Source of the DNA: Eubacteriales bacterium
GTDB lineage: Bacteria > Bacillota > Clostridia > Oscillospirales > CAG-272
Direction of reading: 5' to 3'
DNA: 64,000 nt
Assembly: GCA_045613205.1 (NCBI GenBank)
Contig: JAZLAO010000037.1
Coordinates: 14,851 to 78,850 of the forward strand
This document shows positions 36,172 through 43,805 of the stretch, one piece after another. The notes under the pieces were generated by a model, which made no database searches, was not told where the DNA came from, and saw only the letters and a program-made list of their open reading frames with translations. Position numbers and translations under genes: made by a program. Position 1 is the first letter of the stretch. Each line of letters starts with the position of its first letter.

Positions 36172-38112
36172 TTATTCTGCGGTGAAGATATAGGGATATA
36201 TCTCCTGTCCTCCATCTATAAAGTAAACCTCTGCTGACGGATGATTTTCCGTAATATAGCGCTCAATTTCTCGGCGTTCTTCCTCGCTTGAATCTATACC
36301 GCAGAATGCCGTAATCATGAATTTATCAGGCATATCAAGAAGCATGGTTGCAAGCTTACAAGCCGCCGCCTTTCTGTCGGGGTCGGCAAGAACTATCTCT
36401 TTATCCATAATTGCAATTGTGTCACCGTTATTAATATGAACACCGTTCATATCCGCATCGCGAATAGAGGGCGAGATGCTTGCACAGGTGACTCTCGACA
36501 TTGCAGCCTCCATATCGGCAACAACGGCATCAACGCTTGGATTTTCAAAATCAAGAGATGATAGCGCAACGTATCCCGTACCGAGATTCTTGCTTGGAAT
36601 TACATAAATCTTCGCTTTCTCATAAAGCTCCGATGCTTGCTGTGCTGCCATGAAGATATTTCCGTTATTCGGGAAGACGAAAATACTTTCGGCATTGATT
36701 TTCTCAAATGCCTCAAGAAAATCCTGAGTTGAAGGGTTATGAGTCTGCCCACCTGTAACGGTAACATCTGCACCGAGGTCGCGGAAGAGATTTTCTATTC
36801 CCTCTCCGTTACATACGGTGACCACACCGTATTTTTTCTTTTCGGTGACAGTCTTAATTTCTTCCGTTTCATTTTTCTTCTCTTCGGCATCAAGAGTATC
36901 GGAATGCTGAAGCGACATATTTTCAATTTTAACGCTTATAAACTCACCGTAACGTCTCGCATATTCAAGAGCCTTCTCGGGTACGAGCGTATGTACGTGT
37001 ACCTTTACGATGCTATCGGTTTTGAAGGCTACTATCGAATCTCCTATGCTTACTAAGAACTCCTTGAGTGCATCAACGTCAAACTCGTCTATATTACACT
37101 TGGAGGTCTGAAGCTGAAGCAAGAATTCAGTGCAATAACCGAAGGTCATGACACTGTCGGGTCCGAAGCTATGCTTTGCAGGGACTTCAGATTCCTTTCC
37201 TTTTAACTCCGTGTGATGAGTGTCCTTAGTATGCTCTTTTCCGTTTAAAACACGGTTGAATCCGTCGATAATGTGGAAAAGTCCTGCAGCACCGCTGTCA
37301 ACCACACCGGCCTCTTTGAGAACTGTAAGGATTTCGGGTGTTCTTTCAACAGAACGGTTCATTTCTGCGGACAAATCAGCAAACAAGGAACGGATAGTAC
37401 TCCTCGGGGTAATTCTTGAAACCGCATATTCTACAGCCTCTCTCGCAACTGTAAGTATGGTTCCCTCTGTGGGAGTCATTACCGATGAATATGCCTGCTG
37501 TACTCCCAGCTCAAGCGCGCGTCCAAGTGTTTCGGGGTCTGCTTTAGAGACAGATTCAAGTCCCTTTGCCGTTCCTGCAAAAAACTGGGAAAGTATTACA
37601 CCGGAATTACCTCTTGCACCAAGAAGCATTCCGTGGGAAAGCGACTGGATTACCTTACCGATATTGTCAGATTTCACGCCCTCCATTTCGGAAATTCCGC
37701 TTTCAATAGTCATGTGCATATTGTCACCGGTATCTCCGTCGGGAACGGGAAATACGTTTAATCTGTTTACTTCGTCGGCATTGGAGCTGAGCTCCTCCGC
37801 ACCGCCGAATGCCATCTTTTTGAAGAGCAAACCGCCAAGATACTTTATATTGCCGATTCCCTTCTTTTTCTTCTTTTTAGGGGCGGCCTTTTTCTTTTCG
37901 GCTTTCTTTTCGGTGCTTTCAGAAGCTTTAACTTCCGTCTTTTGACTTGCCTTTTGGGAAGCTTTTTCTTTTTTTGTTTTTTCGGTCTTTGTCTTTTTTG
38001 GCTTCTCTGATTTTACTTCTTTTTCAGCTTTGGCTTTCTTTGACTTTTCAGCCTTTGAGCTCTTTGAATCTTCTGCAATTTTTGCAGTATTTATCTCTTT
38101 ATTATCAGTCAT
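36172..38112 (-). CDS. fakA: DAK2-domain fatty acid kinase subunit (FakA/YloV-like) with a Lys-rich N-terminal extension
   Basis: Dak2 core DGDTGDNM...GARGNSGVILSQ plus a YloV-type C-terminal domain. It lies immediately downstream of a DegV gene. The start is set at MTDNKE (AGAGG RBS). The first ~85 aa are a KAEK/KKEK low-complexity tract. Confidence 0.8.
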   Translation of the reverse strand: MTDNKEINTAKIAEDSKSSKAEKSKKAKAEKEVKSEKPKKTKTEKTKKEKASQKASQKTEVKASESTEKKAEKKKAAPKKKKKKGIGNIKYLGGLLFKKMAFGGAEELSSNADEVNRLNVFPVPDGDTGDNMHMTIESGISEMEGVKSDNIGKVIQSLSHGMLLGARGNSGVILSQFFAGTAKGLESVSKADPETLGRALELGVQQAYSSVMTPTEGTILTVAREAVEYAVSRITPRSTIRSLFADLSAEMNRSVERTPEILTVLKEAGVVDSGAAGLFHIIDGFNRVLNGKEHTKDTHHTELKGKESEVPAKHSFGPDSVMTFGYCTEFLLQLQTSKCNIDEFDVDALKEFLVSIGDSIVAFKTDSIVKVHVHTLVPEKALEYARRYGEFISVKIENMSLQHSDTLDAEEKKNETEEIKTVTEKKKYGVVTVCNGEGIENLFRDLGADVTVTGGQTHNPSTQDFLEAFEKINAESIFVFPNNGNIFMAAQQASELYEKAKIYVIPSKNLGTGYVALSSLDFENPSVDAVVADMEAAMSRVTCASISPSIRDADMNGVHINNGDTIAIMDKEIVLADPDRKAAACKLATMLLDMPDKFMITAFCGIDSSEEERREIERYITENHPSAEVYFIDGGQEIYPYIFTAE

Positions 38113-38131
38113 ATCAACCTCTGAAAATGTA

Positions 38132-38998
38132 TTATCTTTCTTTGCCCACAAAGAACAATGCGAGAGTTCCGGGTCCGGAATGTGCTCCTATGACGGGACC
38201 GACATCGGTTACAAGCTCAACAGCCGCTCCGCACTTATCACGAAGAAGCGATGCGAGTTCATCAACATCTTTCTGACAGTCCGCATGGGAAATATACACC
38301 TTACCGTTTTCCTTATCAAGTGCAAACTCCGCATATTTTTCAGCCATTGTAGCCACTGCGCTTCTTCTGCCGCGCACCTTCATTACGTTAACAAGGTGAC
38401 CCTCATTATCAACATGAAGCACGGGCTTTATGCCTATTACGTTTCCAAAGAATGCTGCAGCCGCGCTTATACGTCCGCCCCTTTTAAGATAAACGAGGTC
38501 ATCCACGGTGAACCAGTGACAAAGGTTAAGATGTATATTGCGTACAAATTCCTCCGCCTCATCTATTGTTGCGCCCTCATTCTTTTTGTCAACAACAAGA
38601 CGAACGAGAAGTCCCTCTCCCGCGGAAGCCGCAAGAGTATCTACAGCAACGACCTTTGCATCCTTATAAATTTTATTGAGCTCTTCTGCAGCAATACGCG
38701 CGGAATTATACGTAGTACTGAGACCCGAAGAAAAGCCGATATAAAGAACGTCCTTTCCCTCTTTTAGAATTTCCTCGAACGCAGAAAGAAACATCTGGGA
38801 ATTAACCGCTGCTGTTTTTGCTACCTGCCCTTCACGCATTCTGTCGTAAAAGGTTTTAGTATCCATATCATAATTTGAATACTCTACGTTATCCGAATCA
38901 AATCTGAACGTAAGCGGAAGGGATTTTACACCCCAATCCGAAAGAATTTCCGGCTTTATATCACACGCAGAGTCGGTAAAAATTACATAATCTCTCAT
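38132..38998 (-). CDS. fakB: DegV-family fatty-acid-binding protein (FakB-like)
   Basis: VIFTDSACDI...SGLSTTYNSA...SHADC are DegV hallmarks. The start is either 38998 (GGAG RBS) or 39013. Confidence 0.85.
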   Translation of the reverse strand: MRDYVIFTDSACDIKPEILSDWGVKSLPLTFRFDSDNVEYSNYDMDTKTFYDRMREGQVAKTAAVNSQMFLSAFEEILKEGKDVLYIGFSSGLSTTYNSARIAAEELNKIYKDAKVVAVDTLAASAGEGLLVRLVVDKKNEGATIDEAEEFVRNIHLNLCHWFTVDDLVYLKRGGRISAAAAFFGNVIGIKPVLHVDNEGHLVNVMKVRGRRSAVATMAEKYAEFALDKENGKVYISHADCQKDVDELASLLRDKCGAAVELVTDVGPVIGAHSGPGTLALFFVGKER

Positions 38999-39022
38999 AA
39001 ATATATTCTCCATAAATTATAT

Positions 39023-39460
39023 TTAGTATTCATCTGCTATTTTCTTAAGGTTTTCGTTTATAGTGTTCAGGCTTAAATACATTGCATCTCTGTCTTCAAC
39101 GGTAAGTCCGTCGCTTGCACTTTTTATTATGCTATCAGCTCGCTCAAAAATGCTTCTGCCAACCGTTAATCCGGTATCGGTGAGCGTATAATGCGTCTTA
39201 TAACGGTGAGCGGTATGCTCCTTGCGCTCAATATACCCATGCTCCTCAAGATATTCAATAGAGCGGGATATATTTGCTTTATCTTCACCGCATATTTCAC
39301 AAAGCTCGGTTGCAGTCAAAATATTTTTCTCATAAAGATAATAGATACATGAAAGGTGTTGGCTTTTGAGATTCCATTTTGACATTTCAGCCGTCTTTAT
39401 CTTTCGAATACTTCTGGTGAGATTTGCTATAGCTAATGTAAAAACTTTATACCGTTCCAT
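39023..39460 (-). CDS. MarR-family transcriptional regulator
   Basis: 145 aa. The winged HTH is LTATELCEICGEDKANISRSIEYLEEHGYIER. Confidence 0.85.
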   Translation of the reverse strand: MERYKVFTLAIANLTRSIRKIKTAEMSKWNLKSQHLSCIYYLYEKNILTATELCEICGEDKANISRSIEYLEEHGYIERKEHTAHRYKTHYTLTDTGLTVGRSIFERADSIIKSASDGLTVEDRDAMYLSLNTINENLKKIADEY

Positions 39461-39476
39461 TGTTCTCCTCTCAAAC

Positions 39477-39526
39477 TGTTGTTTTTACAACATTTTGATT
39501 ATAACATACATTTTCTGGTTTGTCAA
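39477..39526 (-). promoter_or_regulatory. sigma-A promoter of the marR operon with a candidate palindromic operator
   Basis: TTGACA (39526..39521), 17-nt spacer, TATAAT (39503..39498). The palindrome TGTTGT-aaaa-ACAACA at 39477..39492 overlaps the predicted transcription start. Confidence 0.6.
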
Positions 39527-39569
39527 CCTAAATATTTACAAAGTATTTATAATGTGACCGGGCGTTTAC

Positions 39570-39604
39570 AGAAAAAGGTCGGGATACAAAACATATCCCG
39601 ACCC
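39570..39604 (-). terminator. rho-independent terminator of ATPase paralog 2
   Basis: On the minus strand: GGTCGGGATA-tgttttg-TATCCCGACC followed by TTTTTC. Confidence 0.85.
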
Positions 39605-39615
39605 TCAAGTCATAT

Positions 39616-42273
39616 TTAATGATTTTTATGCTTTATAAAACCGCAAAGCTTGCAGAACTCCATAACGAAGAACGGAACTACAGAAAGTCCAAGTCCGATA
39701 AGGTAATAATACCACTCGAGAGATACAAGCTCGAACGCTATTTTTACAGGAGTAAAGAGCACGAGAGCAACAAGCGCGGTGGATGCCAGAGCCGCAAGAT
39801 TAAGAGTGCGGTTGGTAAACGGTCCGATTTTGAAGAGCGAGTGTTCTGAACGCATATTGAATGCCTGAACAATCTGGCAAAGCGCCAAAATCATAAACGC
39901 GAGTGTCTGACCACCGGCGAGAGCTGCTTCGTCAGTTGCAAGTGCGCCTTTGAAAATCTCGCTTACAGAAAGACCCGTTCCGACGACAAAGCCTACAAGT
40001 GTAAGAAGTGCAAACATAAAGCCCTGAAGCACCACTCTTATGCCGAGACCGTGGGCAAATATACCCTCGTCCTTAGGCTTCGGCTTATGCTTCATTACGT
40101 CAGATTCAACAGCCTCCATACCAAGAGCAATCGCGGGCAAGCTATCGGTTACGAGGTTAATCATAAGAAGCTGCATCGAAAGAAGAGGTGTTACACGCCA
40201 CAAAATCATCGCCATAAATACAGTGATAACCTCACCGATGTTAGTTCCGAGAAGGAAGCCTACAACCTTACGTATGTTAGCGTATATTCCGCGGCCCTCT
40301 CTTACGGCATCAACGATAGTTGCAAAATTATCGTCGGTAAGAGTCATATCAGCCGCGCCCTTTGCAACGTCGGTACCGGTAATACCCATTGCACAGCCTA
40401 TGTCAGCCGCTTTAAGTGCGGGAGCATCGTTAACTCCGTCACCGGTCATAGATACTACCTTGCCCTTACGCTGCCAAGCCTTAACTATTCTTATCTTGTT
40501 TTCAGGAGAAACTCTCGCATATACCGATATTGTTTCAAGAACAGAGTCAAGCTCCTCGTCGGTCATAGCGTCAAGCTCAACACCTGTAACAGATTTATCA
40601 CCGGGAAGGAAAATTCCAAGCTCTTTCGCAATGGCAGTAGCCGTAGCTACGTGGTCACCGGTTATCATAATTGCCTTGATTCCCGCTTCACGACAGGTAG
40701 CAACCGCAACCTTTGCCTCGGGTCTCGGGGGGTCAATCATTCCGACGAGTCCCATAAACGTAAGACCCGACTCAAGCGATTCGGAGGTTATATTTTCAGG
40801 AATTTCTGAAATTTCCTTACATGCAACTGCAAGAACACGGAGCGCGGATGAGCTCATCTCTTCGTTCATCTTTTTTGCAGCATCGAAGTCGCCCGAAATA
40901 CAACGGCTCTCCATCATATCAACAGCGCCCTTTACGATAACTACCTTTTTGCCGTTTATCTCGTTGACGGTACTCATAAGCTTTCTGTCGGAATCAAACG
41001 GCAGCTCTGCAAGACGGGGGCACTCGGTATTGAGAGTATCCTTTTCAAGACCGTTTCTATGAGCCGCAAAAACAATAGCGGTTTCAGTGGGGTCTCCGAT
41101 ATGAACCTCTTTTCCGTCAACAAAGGATACCGAGCCGTCGCAACAAAGAGTTGCGTATGCAAGAAGACGCTTTATATCGTCGGTGTTGTTCTCCGATATG
41201 CTTTCGCATTCATTAGCTCCGTCTACATACGCCTTTACAAGCGTCATACGGTTCATTGTGAGAGTTCCGGTTTTATCCGAGCAGATAATAGACGCGCTTC
41301 CAAGTGTTTCAACTGCGGGAAGACGGCGGATTATCGCATTTTTCTTTACCATTCTCTGCACACCGATAGAAAGAACTATAGTTACTATTGCGGGAAGTCC
41401 CTCGGGAATTGCAGATACGGCAAGCGAAACAGAAGTCATGAAGATATCAAGCGGTTCCATATCACTGATAAGTCCGACAACAAAGATTACCGCGCAAGCG
41501 GCAAGAGCTACGAAGCCGAGATACTTACCAAGGGTAGAGAGCTTTTTCTGCAGGGGTGTTTCCGACTCGGTCTCGCCCGAAAGAAGATTTGCTATCTTAC
41601 CCATTTCGGTATCCATACCTATAGCGGTTACAACTGCAACAGCAGTACCGTAAGTAATGCTGCAGCCTGAGAATATCATATTGCTTCTGTCACCGAGAGG
41701 CGCGCCGTCCTTTACGTCTGCATCAGCATCCTTTTCGGCAGGAACAGATTCACCGGTAAGCGCAGATTCCTCACTCTTAAGGCTAACACTTTTTATAAGC
41801 CTTGCATCAGCGGGAACAAAATCTCCTGCTTCAAGGAGTATTATATCACCCGGAACAAGATCCGATGCATTAATTATCTTTTCCGCACCGTCACGCAAAA
41901 CACGCGCATGCGGAGCCGACATGTTTTTAAGTGCATCAAGTGCCTTCTCTGCTTTGCTCTCCTGGATAACGCCCATAAGCGCGTTAAGGACTACAATGAG
42001 AAGTATCAATGCGGGCTCAAAAAATTCCTTGGGCTCACGCTCTACACAAGCGATTACGAAAGAAATCACTGCGGCAATTATAAGGATAATAATCATTACA
42101 TCCTTAAACTGCTCAAAGAAGCGTCTGAGCATAGATTTCTTTTTCTTTTCTTTAAGTTCGTTTTTTCCGTACTTTTCTCTTCTCTCCAAAACCTCGGCTT
42201 CGGAAAGACCTTTTGCGGAATCGGTCTTTAACTCTTCTACAACCGATTCTCTGCTTTTGTTATAAGCTTCCAT
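39616..42273 (-). CDS. P-type IIA cation-transporting ATPase (Ca2+/Mn2+-ATPase-like), paralog 2
   Basis: 885 aa. ICSDKTGTLT, ITGDHVATA and TGDGVNDAPALKAADIGCAMG. The N-terminal cation-ATPase domain begins EVLERREKYGKNEL. Confidence 0.92.
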   Translation of the reverse strand: MEAYNKSRESVVEELKTDSAKGLSEAEVLERREKYGKNELKEKKKKSMLRRFFEQFKDVMIIILIIAAVISFVIACVEREPKEFFEPALILLIVVLNALMGVIQESKAEKALDALKNMSAPHARVLRDGAEKIINASDLVPGDIILLEAGDFVPADARLIKSVSLKSEESALTGESVPAEKDADADVKDGAPLGDRSNMIFSGCSITYGTAVAVVTAIGMDTEMGKIANLLSGETESETPLQKKLSTLGKYLGFVALAACAVIFVVGLISDMEPLDIFMTSVSLAVSAIPEGLPAIVTIVLSIGVQRMVKKNAIIRRLPAVETLGSASIICSDKTGTLTMNRMTLVKAYVDGANECESISENNTDDIKRLLAYATLCCDGSVSFVDGKEVHIGDPTETAIVFAAHRNGLEKDTLNTECPRLAELPFDSDRKLMSTVNEINGKKVVIVKGAVDMMESRCISGDFDAAKKMNEEMSSSALRVLAVACKEISEIPENITSESLESGLTFMGLVGMIDPPRPEAKVAVATCREAGIKAIMITGDHVATATAIAKELGIFLPGDKSVTGVELDAMTDEELDSVLETISVYARVSPENKIRIVKAWQRKGKVVSMTGDGVNDAPALKAADIGCAMGITGTDVAKGAADMTLTDDNFATIVDAVREGRGIYANIRKVVGFLLGTNIGEVITVFMAMILWRVTPLLSMQLLMINLVTDSLPAIALGMEAVESDVMKHKPKPKDEGIFAHGLGIRVVLQGFMFALLTLVGFVVGTGLSVSEIFKGALATDEAALAGGQTLAFMILALCQIVQAFNMRSEHSLFKIGPFTNRTLNLAALASTALVALVLFTPVKIAFELVSLEWYYYLIGLGLSVVPFFVMEFCKLCGFIKHKNH

Positions 42274-42287
42274 ACCTTCTCCTTTAG

Positions 42288-42322
42288 TTAAAATAAAAAA
42301 TCCAAGTAGCTGGTACTTGGAT
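42288..42322 (-). terminator. leader terminator (expression platform) between the Mn2+ riboswitch and the ATPase start
   Basis: On the minus strand: ATCCAAGTA-ccagc-TACTTGGAT followed by TTTTTTATTTT. It lies 15 nt upstream of the AAAGGAGAAGG RBS. Confidence 0.75.
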
Positions 42323-42360
42323 AATTAACAAAAAAATCGCCCACGTACAGCTATACTATA

Positions 42361-42453
42361 CATGAGTCTGGTATTTTCAAATAAGCCAGGCAAAATAAAA
42401 TGCCATGATGTTGACTTATTCCGCATATAAAATGCGCTTACTACTCCCTCACG
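42361..42453 (-). promoter_or_regulatory. yybP-ykoY (Mn2+) riboswitch aptamer
   Basis: The minus strand reads CGUGAG-GGAGUAG-UAAGCGCAUUUUAUAUGCGG..AUAAGUCAACAUCAUGGCAUUUUAUUUUGCC..GGCUUAU..ACCAGA-CUCAUG. P1 is CGUGAG/CUCAUG. The invariant GGAGUAG follows P1, GUCAACAU is present, and AGA precedes the 3' P1 arm. An extended -10 (TGATATAAT) at 42464..42472 sits just upstream. Confidence 0.75.
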
Positions 42454-42512
42454 GAACATTTCCATTATATCACTATTTTATTAACATTTTGTGAACTGGC
42501 AGTAAACAAATT

Positions 42513-43298
42513 TTACCCAAAGCACTCGATAGCCCCGATGGAGTTGAGAATATCAAAATCAATACCAGACCTACCGTAAGAATCGAAAAAGACATCGCGG
42601 TATTTTTCGGTTCCGAGGTTGAAATTTAGGGTCCAAGCACCCCAGAATAAATCTATATGCTTATCACCTATACCGGCATTTCCAAGGTCAATAAATCCCG
42701 AGAGCTTCCAATCGTCGAGCATTATGTTCGGCATACAAAAATCACCGTGAATTAAGGTGCTTGATTTTAACGAGTCCTTCAAGTCGGAAGCTATCCGAAA
42801 TACCTCATCCGCATTTAGCATACAGGACCGGCTTTTGAAAAATGATAGGTCAAAAATCCCATTTTCATAGTTTTTCTCTGCAGTTTTAAAATAGGCAGAG
42901 ATGCGGTTTTTTATGGGACAATCGGAAAAATCAAGGCTGTGCAGCATTGCCAGAGATTCACCCATAAGCGCAGCAAGGCGCTTCGGGTTTTCAAGATAGG
43001 CTTCATACGTGCAATCCTCACCTGCTACTCGCTCGGTAAGAAGATAATCACGCTCAAGAGAAGCATATTCGATAACCGAGGCTGACAAGCCTTTTTTATG
43101 GAAATATTCGGTCATTACCGCCTCGTTTGAAAGCTCGCCCTTATCAGCGGACTTAAGATAATATCCCGAATTCTTGTCTATAAAAAGAACAGTTGCCTCC
43201 TTTGAACAGCTGCTGTCGTAGACTTCCGCTCCGTTTAGAAATGAATCAAATACGCCGGGAAGCTTGAGCGCTCTTTTATCAATTAAAGTTCGTTTCAT
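42513..43298 (-). CDS. aminoglycoside 3'-phosphotransferase-like kinase (APH family)
   Basis: 261 aa. The catalytic loop LIHGDFCMPNIML and the Mg-binding GFIDLGNAGIGDKHIDL closely resemble APH(3') signatures. Confidence 0.8.
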   Translation of the reverse strand: MKRTLIDKRALKLPGVFDSFLNGAEVYDSSCSKEATVLFIDKNSGYYLKSADKGELSNEAVMTEYFHKKGLSASVIEYASLERDYLLTERVAGEDCTYEAYLENPKRLAALMGESLAMLHSLDFSDCPIKNRISAYFKTAEKNYENGIFDLSFFKSRSCMLNADEVFRIASDLKDSLKSSTLIHGDFCMPNIMLDDWKLSGFIDLGNAGIGDKHIDLFWGAWTLNFNLGTEKYRDVFFDSYGRSGIDFDILNSIGAIECFG

Positions 43299-43791
43299 GC
43301 TTTAAATCTTTGCCTTCGGATTCGGCAAGCCTCCTCTGCGCTCTGCAAACATAACGTTTAATATATCCCTGCTTCTTAAACTCGTTTTTAAACATAAAGA
43401 AATTGAAAACGATAAGTATCGGCGGAATAAGAGAGATTCCGCGCATACGAATGCACTGAACGATAAACAGCGCAACCATGACAAAGAAAAAGAAATGATA
43501 AACAGGCTCGGTAGTAATTACACCGCAAAGCTTTGTAACACCGTCCTTTTCGGAGAGCTTGCCCCTAAGTGTAGTTCCCTGCACAAAGCCATTGTCCCTC
43601 GTAGGTCCACCGACGTACTTACAGGACAGCTTTATTTTGTTATTATTCTTTTCTAGGACGGTTACGGTAGGCTTGCCCCTTGCGGTATCAATACGCACCT
43701 TATGATTAACACGTTCGTTATTTCGGAGCATTGCGAGAACCTCGTCGCGCGAGGCTTGAAAATCAACGTTTATAAATTTCATTCTACTCAC
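43279..43791 (-). CDS. hypothetical membrane-anchored protein
   Basis: 170 aa. An N-terminal soluble ~95 aa is followed by two hydrophobic helices (VYHFFFFVMVALFIV and LIPPILIVFNFFMF). It overlaps the APH gene start by 20 nt. Confidence 0.55.
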   Translation of the reverse strand: MSRMKFINVDFQASRDEVLAMLRNNERVNHKVRIDTARGKPTVTVLEKNNNKIKLSCKYVGGPTRDNGFVQGTTLRGKLSEKDGVTKLCGVITTEPVYHFFFFVMVALFIVQCIRMRGISLIPPILIVFNFFMFKNEFKKQGYIKRYVCRAQRRLAESEGKDLKHETNFN

Positions 43792-43805
43792 TCTTGTATA
43801 TCAGA

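Noticed and set aside
40040-41062. Long plus-strand ORFs of 200-500 aa lying antisense to real genes. Examples: 40040..41062, 40051..40809, 53184..54698, 46999..47781, 48913..49650, 37220..37945, 5431..6099, 525..1139, 7414..7980.
   Set aside because: Each lies entirely inside a minus-strand gene with unmistakable conserved motifs. Their translations are low-complexity (Ser/Pro/Ile/Arg-rich) with no recognisable motif or RBS. These are typical shadow ORFs.
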